A DNA stretch of 64,000 bases, taken from Styela clava. Its lineage: Eukaryota. A program made the translations under genes and the position numbers. Location: contig NC_135257.1 in the NCBI RefSeq assembly GCF_964204865.1, forward strand, positions 5,828,001 to 5,892,000, given 5' to 3'. The notes beneath the pieces are model-generated. The model searched no databases. It saw only the letters and a list, made by a program, of their open reading frames with translations, and was not told where the DNA came from. Positions 26,835-39,745 of this stretch are shown one piece after another. Position 1 is the stretch's first letter; every line of letters starts with the position of its first letter.

Positions 26835-29800
26835 TCAAAATACGAAGTATAGAAGGATTCGATCGAATATCTCTGGCATCATCTCTCTTGCAGTTGCCAA
26901 CCAGCCTATATAAGGAGGGGCATATGCATATCGACTTCTTGTAATTCCACCTGAATGCAAATATAAGTAATATACCTAGTCAGTTTCGGTCGATGATCCA
27001 AATATTAATTTATCTATTAGAAAATTAGCGACATCGACTGACACAGTAGCCGATTGGTACAATTTTAATAATCTTGACAACTATGACAAAATAGGCTCAC
27101 CTTGTATGATAACGTTTGCCGTTTTATCTACCGGATACCCTTGAATCTGCATTCTTTGTTTTCTGTTTAAACAAGAAGATTCGAAATCATATTTGAATTT
27201 AGTTGTCGAGATCGAGAATTTTCATTTCAACAATGATGCCATCTGACTTTTGCAAAAAAAAGGAATGCTGTAAATTGTTTCTTTTAGAAGTCGTTTTAAA
27301 CAACTACCTCAAATGTAAAGGACACTTACGCTTGTACCCATCTCGCTCCCTCAGTATCAATTGCACCCAGTATGCAGATAGTTATGCTCGGATACTCATG
27401 TCCTGTCATCATTCCTTCCAATTGCAATGAGGTAAAGAAATTGGCAACAGCCGCCTTGGTTGCTCCATATGCCGCAATGTTTGGTATACCTGGACGACCT
27501 GTGATAGATAGATATATATCGTATATTCAAGATCGGCAAATGCTGAAGACGGGAATACTTAACAAGCATAAACCGGTTAATAAGCAGACTAGATAACTAG
27601 GCAAACAACCAAGCTTACCTGGGCACTAGATTATCTCTCTATAAGTCTATAGGGAATGAATTCATAGGACTTGTGGATAGTAGGCCTATATATGTTCGCT
27701 TATTACTATACATTTGTTTCGCCATTAATCACCTATACCAGCGTTTTATAACTTTATTAAACATAACTAATATAAGATTGAATATTTTACACATTGCACT
27801 TAGTATAAGTATAGCAACTAACCCCCAAATGTACCCCATTTCATGTTAAAAATATGAAAACAAAGTTAATTTTTCCCAAAATTCGAACAAAGACTTTCGT
27901 AGGAATCAAATTACACCAGGTTTAAGAACATAACATGTTCCACACAGTCATTATCAAATTAAAATTTATATTCTCAAGACCTTTGGCTCTGATTGAAATA
28001 ATTATATCTAAGTTCCCATCCGTACGATGTACATAGTTACCCTTGTTGAGATAATAGGAATTTCTGTTTATAACGGGAATCACGAGCTCACGTTTACAGC
28101 ATTTAATTGGATTTATGATCAACGTATAAATACGACTCCGATATCTTTCGATGGGGGAAGACGATGTAAACCATTCAAAGCGAGTGTGGATAAATGTTTT
28201 AAGATTTGTATTCTGTGTGTTGTGGAAATTTACAAATAAAAACATATAGAGATTTTTAACGCATCTTTATTCACATGGGCGTTGAAGCTGAAGGGTGAAC
28301 GGGTGACTTGCAAGTCAGAGACAATCTACGAAATAGCAATATACGGTAACATCACATTCATCTAACAATCATTTATGCTATATAAGTATCTTCTTGTTTC
28401 TTATTCCCAATGCTTCGTATGTAAATCAGTAAATTCATTTTGCCTTTCTATGTTGTTCACCTTCTGTTACGTGGTGTCTGCCTATTGTACCTACTGTTGC
28501 GCAACGGTAGACACCACCTGCTGCAATTTTGTGAGCTGTAGTTTATCTATCTGCTGAACCGAGTTCAGCGAACATGAGTGAATTTTTAGGATTTCGAAGT
28601 AAAATCAGGCAGAGATGATGACGAAGGGTTGACCTTTTGCCTTTATTCCTGCTCAGGCCTACACCTAAAAACTTTACAAGGCATAAAGTAGCTTACACAT
28701 CAACGATCACAAAATTAAGGCAGTATTTTTTTTTCGTGAGCCGCGAGTTTTTTCCCTGATTATTTGGCGCCGCACGCACAAAAGTTTGGAAACCGCCGAC
28801 TTTACTAACCTGCTTGCGATGAGACGACGATCAATTGGCCTTGAGACTGTCCCAAATGGGGCATTGCTGCTGACGCAAGTTCAACATAACTAACATAGTT
28901 CACTGGAATGGATCTGTGTTAAAAACAGGATTACGACAAAAGCTAGAATAAAAACTACCCGTACACGACAATATACCAACCTACGCTGTTTTGAATTTAG
29001 TTATATATAGTAAATAATGCGTATATATATATATATATATACGTATGCAAATAAATACTCGCCTTCTCATAAAATTTAAATCATCCTTACTCCCTTCCCA
29101 TTTGCCATGACGAGATATGACATGATTCAAAACCAGTATATCAAGGCCACCTAAATTAAAACAGAAATCGATAAATGAAAGAATATGTCCAGAACGTACT
29201 GAATAAACACTTAAACATTCACTCGCCTAATTTTTTAACTGCGATATTTATAACCGATTCATACACTGTAGTATCAGTCATATCAGCAACAACATAACTT
29301 GCTTCTTTCGCACCAAGAGAAAGGCATTTTTCCACAACCTGAAACGAAAAACAGCTTAGTTTGGCATTTAGTGACCATAAAAGCGATTTATACCAATAAA
29401 ATACGGTATGTATATATCAAAGAATACCCACACAAAAAGAATAAAATAAAACATTTCACATTTTAAAGATATCGAAAACGTGGCATGTTTATGGCTACTT
29501 ACTCGTTTCAACTCCTTTTCCCGACGTGCAGTCACAACAATTTTTGCACCAAGTTCTGAATATTGGTAAGCAACTTCTTCGCCTATATTTTGGCTTGCCC
29601 CGGTAACGAGAATTCTTTTTCCTTGTATTGAGTCTGCAAAATGCAGCGATTACTCAGCATGAAAAGTCTTTCTAAAATAAATATATTGCCGTGCCATGTA
29701 CAGGGCGAATATAATAATGAGCCATTCTCATATTTTGAAGAATGAAATATTAAAAAATGCTCACCTCTGTCTATGTTCGCATTGAAGTATCTGTAAGCTA

Positions 29801-29849
29801 AAATTGCAATAGTCACTACAAACACTGACTTCAAAAAAATTCTAGCCAT
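26835..29849 (-). CDS. HSD11B1L: Hydroxysteroid 11-beta-dehydrogenase 1-like short-chain dehydrogenase (intact copy), ~288 aa
   Basis: Exons 29849-29765, 29633-29503, 29338-29227, 29150-29063, 28913-28810, 27498-27330, 27162-27101, 26950-26835 total 867 nt in an open frame. N-terminal signal anchor; GKRILVTGASQNIG; VVTARRE; GGLDILVLNH; VNYVSYV; SSQAG; catalytic YGATK; SITICILGAIDTE. Introns 3 and 4 need GC donors. Confidence 0.88.
27739..28798. mobile_element. hAT-Charlie-type element in SDR intron 5, predating the duplication (paralogous copy 34728-35832)
   Basis: In unit B: TIR cagtggttcccaaactttt / aaaagtttgggagttgctg with TSD ccctatac / acctatac. Unit A has the same junctions (acctatac|cagcg ... 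aaagtttggaaaccgccg) and a shared right half. Confidence 0.65.
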
Positions 29850-32800
29850 TGTTTTGAAGGCTCTTGCTTAGGCACAACTTCTGCCGATGTGAGGTGTGGA
29901 ACATTAGCTCAGTTAATTATTAACGATATGAAAATATGTAGAAAACCTGTGAGAGAAAATCAGTGAACCAAAATCGGACCACAAACGACTGCTTACGCTA
30001 CCGCTATCATCGGAGACAATTATCGTATACACAGCCTTACATATAAGTTGATATGTACTTGAAAATGACACATTGCAGTAACGATGCTGTCAATTTGTGC
30101 ACGCTCATATGAAACTTAGGACCGGATTTACGTAACTTCCAACTTCCTATATGATTTATCTGCCATTCTCCATTTCAGACTTTCAGTTGTTAAAAAACTT
30201 TTGTATATGAGTGCAAATAAATTATCCCAGCTCATTGTCCTAATTTATTGCATTAAGCTATACGTGTTTCTGCATGTGAACAAGAATGAATGATAGCTCC
30301 ATTCTCAATGGATGGTTCCAATACCGTATCTGATTATGGCGAAAATATCACAGAAATATGTCGCAAAAAATGACTTTTTACTTTTTATACCGGTATGACG
30401 CAAGACCTGTATTGACACAAACTATATTGCCGGGTATCTTTATATTAATATTATTTTCATTTTAACCCGTGATGCCCTGGTGATTCCGCAGAGGTAATTT
30501 AAATATTTATTTGTTGACTTCGTTTGGATTGATAGGCGTCGTGGCACAGCCGTAAATATATATATATACGACTACGGCACAGCCACACCACAACGTTTAA
30601 CCATTGAGGTGTTATATACACCTCAATGGGCTTAACCCTTTCGTTGTTGTTCCTCAACAACGAATACTTTTGTTGTGATTGGTTGACCCACATACCCACT
30701 AACTAACCTAAACTATCAAACTGCGTGTTCGCTGACTACAACATCTAGCACACGCGTTTTGTGAACCTCCATAGTTCAAGATTGTCTTGGCAAGTTTAGA
30801 AACAAGTAGGTTGAAATGTTTTAATGCAGATCGGAAATTGAGCATGTTTGAAGACAAAATTTCGTACGATAACCTAATTATTGATGAAAATACAAAATTT
30901 GGCCGTGGTTGATAGGTATAGCTCTGGAACAATGATGGGATCGTTTGCTTTACATTGCTTTGGTAATTGAGTAATTGACTTATGTGTAAATGTTGTTGAA
31001 AAACAACATCATAAAATTAAGGGATGGCGATATTTAGCAGTATTAATTTTGGGAAAGTTTTTTATTTTCGTTATTCCGCTAAAAGGTTGTACAATTCATG
31101 GAGGATAGCCTACATCAGCTTATTCGGGAAATTAAATTGCAGAAACAACAGGCCTACATGCATTTAGCCACATATTGCTTGGAATTAAAATAAATGTTTT
31201 TCAACTATTTTTCAATTTTGCAGAAAATTTGCGTCATTTGTTGAAAATCAGGAAATGGGTCTTGTCCACCAGAGAGAATAACTTTCGTTACATGCAGGGG
31301 CGTGTCAAACCTTTTTGCTACTTGAGGCGAGTTTCTAACTGTGCCCCTCATACCTAACTTGAAAAACAATAAGAGGAATAAAGAAATTGTAGATGTTGTT
31401 ATACATGAGTATGAATCAATCAATGATCAATTAAGATCGAAATACTTGTATTATTATTATTTCAATCATCTAACTAAGTAACAAACTCACACATAAATCG
31501 TGCTTCCCGGGGCGGCTGCCCATATTTCCACATGGACACTCCCCTGGTTATATGTTACACGCAACTTTAGAAATGGCCCTTTACCAATTAAGGATGTTTT
31601 TGATGATAATTTAATGTCTCATCTTGCAGAACACTCCAAGTTGTAATCAAAACAGAAAGTCGGATTTATAGCTTTTATGTTCCCATCTAAGTTTCTATTG
31701 AAAACAAAAAAAAACATTTGAAACAGTATTTAGTAGCCTTTTGTGCATTACTCGTTCATTTTATCACCATTATGTAGGGCCAACATCTGCCAAAACTAGT
31801 TGAAATTTTGTCCTCTACTGTTTTGCTGAGCAACTTTTTTTCACTCACGTAAGCGTCTCACTCACTGAATTGCGTATGAGAATTCTATCCATATCAAACT
31901 ATTCCAGGATTTACATTCCCAGATCATTACATTTATAATTGCAACTGTGAAATAATAATATAATTTTTCAATATGCAAGCGATGTACATACAGTGACATT
32001 CTAGTTATGCGGCGATATGGAAAAGAAATTTAGTTGTCCAACCAGAGAAATTGTTGCAGTAATATATTGGACATTCTGTTATTTTTTTTGTGCAATATAT
32101 GGCCGCATTTTCTTATTTCCTTATATTATATCGTTATTATTATACTTATTACAAAATTGTAAAATCATAAATATTAACTGAACTAAATTGCATTTCTAAT
32201 CTACACATATTTCATTAACTTGAATAAAGTGAGAGAATCATCAAACAAGAGCATTTCGGAATTAGCGCTATTGATTGTGTTTCTGTGGGACTAACTTCTC
32301 ATCCGTTTTCTATGCTGATCTGTACGCATTTAATGTAAGGATGGCTGAGGGAGATTGAAGATAATTCAAGAGTCTTGCTGCATTAACACAAATATGTTTC
32401 TTCAAACTTTTATGGCGCTCCACAAGTGTGTTTACCAATTGGGAAGTAACTAATTTTGTTCGTCTACTTCACATCAAGTTTTGTAAAGGGACTAAAACCT
32501 ATGGGCCCCGGGTATATTCACATGGCTGACACAGACAGTTTCCGAACTCTTAATGGAACTAAAATCGCATTTAAATTATGGCCTAACCTTGTACACACAC
32601 TAGGAGAGTACCACTTTTCTACCGACCAAAGTTGGACATGCAACTGCAAAAATACATATGTGCTAGTCAGCGGCAGAGCTCTTGGATTATTTGAAATAAT
32701 TAATACCGTCGTTAACTAACCTCAAAGCCGTGATGAATAAGCAGTTCTTTGTGGAATGCTGACCATTTATATTGCTCCGAATCTGACAAAAGTCTTGTTT

Positions 32801-32954
32801 GTCATATCTGTGTTACGGGTTAGATGGTTGGTTTTTGTGTTCGTTGGTCCGGGATTATTTCGGAAACTCGTTTAGAATTTGGAGAGCGAGCGAAGCCTCC
32901 TAAAATCTGTACGAGTGACCATATTCAGGGTGAAGATGAACATACTAAATAATC

Positions 32955-33142
32955 GGTTCCATTACATTTGAACCCATGGCAATTGCACCTGTATGCTATT
33001 GCACCTATGGAATTTTTTTTTGTTTTTCGGATAGTTGAACCCACACTAACCCTAACCCATGGGTTTTAGAACCCTCATATAGATTGAACCCGTGGATATA
33101 CACATGGGTTCAAATGTACGTGGGTTCAAATGTACGGTCACC
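32955..33142. mobile_element. 188-bp Mutator-type MITE with 9-bp TSD
   Basis: TIR ggttccattacatttgaaccc / gggttcaaatgtacggtcacc; perfect TSD taaataatc (32946-32954, 33143-33151). The paralogous site in unit A (~26147) has a single taaataatc. Confidence 0.9.
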
Positions 33143-35844
33143 TAAATAATCACCAAAATGAAAATACTAAAAAATGTCCAATGTCCGTTCTCTCGTCGCG
33201 GAAAATGTTTTGTGAATTTTTTGTTCGAAAATTCTTGGTTTGCTAAAGCTAGTATGAACACATCCATTTCATAATGTGAAATGTCACCCATTCTTAAGTA
33301 TAAAAAACAACAAGAAAACAGTGCATCATCGATTTGCATATATTATTTGATCATCACTACTTGCTACTACGCACGTAATTCAAAATTGCAAGAAATATAT
33401 TCGCCAAAACTAGCGAATGCTCCGTTCGGATATTATGTTGACATATTATGTTGACGTCGAAAGAATTTCAATTTCAGAAAGAAGTTTGCATATTTTTCTA
33501 AATGTCTTCGAGTGCCTTTATAACTACATATATTACAATCAGTGTTACTGACAGAATTGAATGCAAGGCACCTTCAAAGGATCAAACAAATTGCTATTTA
33601 TTGCAAACCATTGGAGACAATTTAAATCGATAATATGTTAACAGCCATTGGAATCACCATTTTTGATAAAAGAGGAGTGGGAAAACTCTTACAATCGAGA
33701 GGCTTTGATTTGATGTCTTCTGCTGAAGCCATATTTGATTAAATAGGTAGTGTAACGGCACTGAATAAAATATTATCTAAACACAGGTTCTATTTATTCA
33801 AAAAACGAAGCGTAGAAGAATTTGATCGTATATCTCTGGCATCATCTCTCTTGCAGTTGCCAACCAGCCTATATAAGAAGGGGCATATGCATACCGACTT
33901 CTTGTAATTCCACCTGGATACAAATATAAGTAATATATCTAGACCAAATGATCCAATTATAAATTTGTTGTGTAGAAAATTAGCGACATCGACTGACACA
34001 GCAGCCGATCGGCACACATTTTAATAATCTTGACAACTATGAAAAATAGGCTCACCTTCTATGATAGCGTTGGCAGTTTTATCTACAGGATACCCTTGAA
34101 TCGGCATTCTTTGTTTTCTGTACAAAAAAAGAGAATTCGAAAATTATGTGTGAATTTAGTTGTCACGAAATCATCATATTTCAACAGGATGTCTACTGCA
34201 AATCAATGGATGATCTATGCATGCTAGTGACAAAGACATGCGTTGATCGCAGATCTCACAGACAGTACCAAGAACAAGAATTTCTAATTCAACTTGACTT
34301 TTGCATAGAAGTAATGCTGTAAATTGTTTTAGTTCCTTTTAAAAGTCGTTTTGAACTACTCTTTCAAATTTAAAGGACACTTACGCTAGTACCCATCTCA
34401 CTCTCTCAGTTCTGAGGGATAATCATTTCCTGACATCATTCCTTCCAATTGCAATGAGGTGAAGAAATTGGTGACAGCCGCTTTGGTTGCCCCATACGCC
34501 GCAACGTTTGGTATACCCGGACGAGCTGTGATACATATAATCGAGATCAAGATGGGAATAACTAAAAAGCATAAACCAGTCAATAAGCAGACGAGATATA
34601 TAGGCCAACAGTCAAACTGATTGGAGAATTAGACCATCGCTTTTTAGCAAATGAAAAGAGAATGCATTCACAGAACTTGTGGACAGTACGTTTGCTTAAT
34701 TATTCTATAATCATTTATACCCTATACCAGTGGTTCCCAAACTTTTTAGAGTTGGGACCCACTATTTATTACCACAGATTATGGCGACCCATTTAACTTC
34801 AATTTAATTTTCTCTTGCTTTTTCATGACATAAGACAGAACACAGCAATGGCTAATCATCGCAAAACTACCGTGTTTCCTCGAAAATGAGACTTGGCCTG
34901 AAAATAAGATATTAATTTAAATTTTAAAAATGATTTTAATTAAACCCTACCCTTAAAATAAATTTAAAATGTGTGGGAGAGGAAAGGTTCATTGGCCTGA
35001 GGTAAGGTGAAGATCACATCACTATTCAAGATTGTGTGACATCACAATTATGATATTTGTCACTTGATTTTTGTATAAGAAATACAAATAAAAATTAAAA
35101 ACAACGGATGTGGGTTTTTATATATATATTGTTTAGTAAAAAATCTTGTGATTTTCTACAATGTAATTTTATTTTTGATAAATGAACACAAAAGACCTCT
35201 TCCAAAAAAACAGTGGTATTCTTCAAAAGAAAAGAAATCTAAATCCTGTCCAAATTTTGGGGAAACGTGGTATAGGAAGTGCTGTACACATGGATATTCT
35301 CTGTGTAGCAAAGCCCTCTGCCCTACCAGCGGGTCCAAAAGTGCGCCGCAGAGATTTGCTAAGTGCGCCTCGAAAATTAACAGAATGATTGAATATTTTA
35401 AATATTGTATTTACTATAAATGTTTTGTTGTTTCGCATATTTCAATTGCTTTGTATATATATGAACAATAAATTCATTTTGCCATTCTATGTTGTTAGTT
35501 TCGGTTACGTGGTGCCTGCTTGCTTCTATTGTACTACCTGCTGCTGTAATTTTGCGAGCTGCAGTTTTTTATCTGCTGAACCGATTTCAGCGAACATGCC
35601 TGATTTTTTAGTATTCCAAAGGAAAATCAAACAGAGATAAGGAAAAAGAGTTGACCTTTTGCTTTTACTCCTTAGGCCTGCATGTTCACATACTTTAAAA
35701 GACATAAAGTATAAATTAACGGTCACGAAATTAAGTTTTATTTAAAGGCAGCAATTTCTTTTCGTCCAAGTACGCCGCGAGTTTTTCCCCTAATTATTTC
35801 GTGCCGCACGAAAAAAAGTTTGGGAGTTGCTGACCTATACTAAC

Positions 35845-37186
35845 TGGAAATCGGTAACATCAGCAAATTTCCGGTATCTGTATCGGCTGAATTAAGACCG
35901 ATATTTCCGACACATTTACCTTTTTGATATGATCCGTAATATTTTAAAAAATAAGTTGGAATACTGATGTTTAAATTATTACTTATCGATCTTAAGATCG
36001 GTGGGTATGTTGATAGGTATTTGTCTGTCTGTTTGTCTGTTAGATGCACGCGATATCTCACGAAAGCGAGGTTGAATTTGCTCCAAATTTTGCATGTGCA
36101 TTCATCATATCCCGGACTAGAAGCCTATTGATGATGGGGCACACGGTGTCGCTGTGGAGTATAAGCAGATGAATCGAAACCACAGTTTCTGGTTTGGGGA
36201 TCGATCGATAAGTCTTCGGACTCCGACCGATATTCTCGTATTTTGGTTGGCGGGATCCTACACTATGAGTCCTATGCATGGCCTATTTATCGGCCAAACA
36301 CTCAATAATTTGGCTATTTTCGCAGCCAAATTTTTCCATTACCGTTCGAATATTAACAGCACATGCACTTTTGGTACGATTATAAATTTTGACTGTTTGT
36401 CGTCAAGCGCGAGTGTCATTTTGTCCATCGACATCGTTAAGCTAAATTTCGACACAATCATCTCTCTACACAGGTATTGCATACTTTGGGTCAATAAATT
36501 TTAATTTTGTTCAACTACACAGTTTCCTCATAGATTTATTGCCGTGGCCTCTAGACTTGAAACATGCGATAATAATTGTAAAATATTATAAAATTGTAAA
36601 ATAAAAAACATTCTGGACGTGTTATAGGTATTCAAGTCGGCGCTGATTGAAATCCTTTCACGTCGGCTGTAATTTATTGTCGCGACGCATGATGACGATA
36701 AAACACAAAACAAAATATATGTGAAATGTTTTCAATTCAACCGGGGACGGCGGCACTGGGATGTGTAATAATTTAGCGATATTCGATATCGTTATGAACA
36801 CGAAAATCGATATTCGAAGGTCGCGATATTATTATTAAATTCGAATTGGATATCCCTGCCTATGGGTTTTCTAATGGAACGTCGAGATTACTACCGTCAG
36901 TACACAATGAATCTAAATCAATTAACGTATCCGAATCCCAAACATCGATTTTTATGATGTTTTATATTTCTTTTTCAATCTGAAATAAGGTGTAGTATGA
37001 ATAATGTTCAAATACTGGTGTATAACCCGTCAGTCCTGCATACTTAAGGTAATATTTACATAGTATCGGCATCGGAATATCGGTGTATCTATATCGGCGT
37101 TTTTGTAATATCGGTGTAACGATAGCGGCGTTTTTAGTTGATATCGGATCGGTATCGACGACGAAGGTGGTATCGATACATCTCTA
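35845..37186. mobile_element. hAT-type element with gtatcgg-rich subtermini, containing a nested Helentron-like copy (35979-36242)
   Basis: 8-bp TSD atactaac (35837-35844 and 37187-37194); right end ggtatcgatacatctcta; left TIR degraded; absent from unit A. Confidence 0.7.
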
Positions 37187-37334
37187 ATACTAACCTGCTA
37201 GCGAAGAGACGACGATCAATTGGCCCTGAGATTGTCGTAAATGGGGCATTGCTGCGGACGCAAGTTCAATATAACTAATGTAGTTCACTGGAATGGATCT
37301 GTGTTAAAAAATAAGATTACGACAAGAGCTATAA

Positions 37335-37542
37335 TATTTAATTAATAACTCGCTAATTATACGACATAATCCATCCAAAATCAATAGGCTTCTGGTTAGG
37401 GACAGAATGAATGCACATGCAAAATTTGGAGCAGATTCAACTTCGCTTTCGTGAGATATCGCGTGTATCTAACAGACAAACAAGCAGAGAAATACCGATC
37501 AACATACTTACCTTTTTACCGATCAAGATCGATGAGCAGTAA
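37335..37542 (-). mobile_element. Helentron/DINE-like family copy (partial)
   Basis: Reverse complement of the family at 46331; absent from the equivalent intron 4 of unit A. Confidence 0.75.
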
Positions 37543-37955
37543 CAAGAACCACCCATAGACGACAATAGACCACTCTACGCTATATGGTTTTATATAGAAA
37601 ATAATTCGTACTTGAAAACATATGCAAATAGAAACTAATACAAAGTCAAAATGTCAAATATATACTCGCCTTCTCATAAAATCTAAATCATCCTTACTCC
37701 CCTCCCATTTGCCATGACGTGATATGATATGATTCAAAACCAGTATATCAAGGCCACCTGAATTAAAACACAAGGCGATAAATAAAAATATTTCCAGAAC
37801 GTAGGCTATTGAATAAATTCGTAAAACATCAACTCGCCTAATTTTTTAACTGCGTTATTTATAACCGATTCATACACTGTAGTATCAGTCATATCAGCAA
37901 CAACATAACGTGCTTCTTTCGCACCAAGAGAAAGACATTTCTTCACAACCTAAAA

Positions 37956-38222
37956 AACGAGAATATCGGTCGGAGAGTTATCGATCGAAAGTTAGGGGAT
38001 CCCCAAAACAGAAAATGCGGTTTTACTCCATAGCGACACCGTGTGTCCCATCACTAATTAGTTAATAACTCGCTAATTAAACGACATAATTTATTCGAAA
38101 TCAACGAGCCTTTGGTTCGAGATATGATGAATGCACATGCAAAATTTGGAGCAGATCGAACCTCGCTTTCGTGAGATACCGCGTGCATCTAACAGACAAA
38201 CAAATACCTATCAACATACTTA
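37956..38222 (-). mobile_element. Helentron/DINE-like family copy
   Basis: Reverse complement of the family. Its 3' end abuts the acceptor of pseudogene exon 3. Absent from unit A. Confidence 0.75.
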
Positions 38223-38847
38223 TTTTAAGGGATCTATATATTACAGTATGTTTTATGTACATCGAAGGATACCCACACAAAAAGAATGAAATAATACATT
38301 TAAAGATATTGAAAACTTGGCACACTGGGTTACATTTATGTTTGTGGCTACTTACTCGTTTCAACTCATTTTCCCGACGTGCAGTCACAACAATTTTTGC
38401 ACCAAGTATTGAATATTGGTAAGCAACTTCTTCGCCTATATTTTGGCTTGCCCCGGTAACTAGAATTCGTTTTCCTCGTATTGAACCTGTAAAATGCAGC
38501 GATTACTGAGCATGAAAAGGCTTTCCAAAATTAATATCTTATCATGCCGTGTACAACTGTACAAGGCGAATATAGTAGCCTAACTACACCATTTTCAGAT
38601 ATTGAAAAATATAGTATTAAAAATGCTCACCTTTGTCAATGTTTGCATTGAAGTATCTGTAAGCTAAAATTGCAATAGTTATTACAAAAACTGACTTCAA
38701 AAAAATCCTAGCCATATTTTTAACGGCTCTTGCTATAGCACAACTCCTGTCGATGCGAAGTGTGGAACATTAGGACATTGTTATAATCGAATATAATTAT
38801 CGTATACATAGGCGTACATATAATTATAAGTTATATGTACATGACAC

Positions 38848-39706
38848 CTAGCAGCAGCGCGCAGAGTGCGCTTCTCTCTCGTTTCCGCGGGACTATTTGA
38901 AGGCTCTCTCGTTTTGACGATAGACTTCCAAATTTTGCGAGGAGCGTTTATTATGGGATCATTGACAGAAATCAATCATTTGCGTTGATTTTTCTCGCAT
39001 ATTCTCCCGATCTTGATTCGTGTCTCATTATGTATTAAACGCTAGTATATACGGGGCTAATTTTGGCAGTTTTATAAATTTGCGAAAGTCGTGGGTCAAA
39101 AATATGGCCAACGTATCAGTCAAAAGCGAACGAGAACGATCACAAAACATTAACCAAGATGGCTTATCGGAATCAATTCCCGATTTACCTGCCTTATTTT
39201 ATCGCCCTAAGTATTTTGCGTAGTGATCTCAATATCATTGCGTGGCCTGGTTACAAGTTGTGTAAAGGGACAGAAACCCATGGACACAGGATATATTCAC
39301 TTGGCTAACACACACACACAATCCCCCAACTCGTAATAGAACTAGAACAAGGAAAGTCGGAATAAAATTATGGCCTAACACCAATCTGATACACAGACTA
39401 CGGGAGTACCAACTAAACTGCGCTTCGCCCTCTGCCGAAGACTTGGGTGGAAGCTTCCCCGTGGAGGTTCTTGCATTTTTATGATATAAGGCAAAAAAAT
39501 TGTTTTCACTTATATTTATTGTATACTCGCCTGAACAACCAAATTTTTTCAAGAACGAGATCCACATCAGGTTCTAACTGGGTAGTAAAACAGACGAAAA
39601 ACTGGCCCAAACCAGATGCAACACGAAGAAACTTTGGAAGCATGAACGCCAAGATGGCGGCGATCAAATTGTCCCGCGCTGCGACAACGCAAAACGAGAG
39701 AGAACA

Positions 39707-39708
<2 letters not shown>
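38848..39708. mobile_element. CpG-rich TIR element (MITE-like), host or neighbour of the retroelement
   Basis: ttctctctcgttt...cgcgggactatttga (38872-38900) is mirrored by tcaaattgtcccgcg...aaacgagagagaa (39664-39704). Absent from unit A. Contains a nested fragment of the telomere-motif MITE family. Confidence 0.55.

Positions 39709-39745
<37 letters not shown>

Larger units (their letters stand above)
33798..38715 (-). pseudogene. HSD11B1L: HSD11B1L-like paralog, frameshifted in exon 6
   Basis: Exons 38715-38631, 38486-38356, 37949-37838, 37757-37670, 37298-37195, 34525-34385, 34117-34056, 33913-33798. All lengths equal the intact copy except exon 6 (141 vs 169 nt), which gives a frameshift and TGA at 34400-34398. 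Confidence 0.82.
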
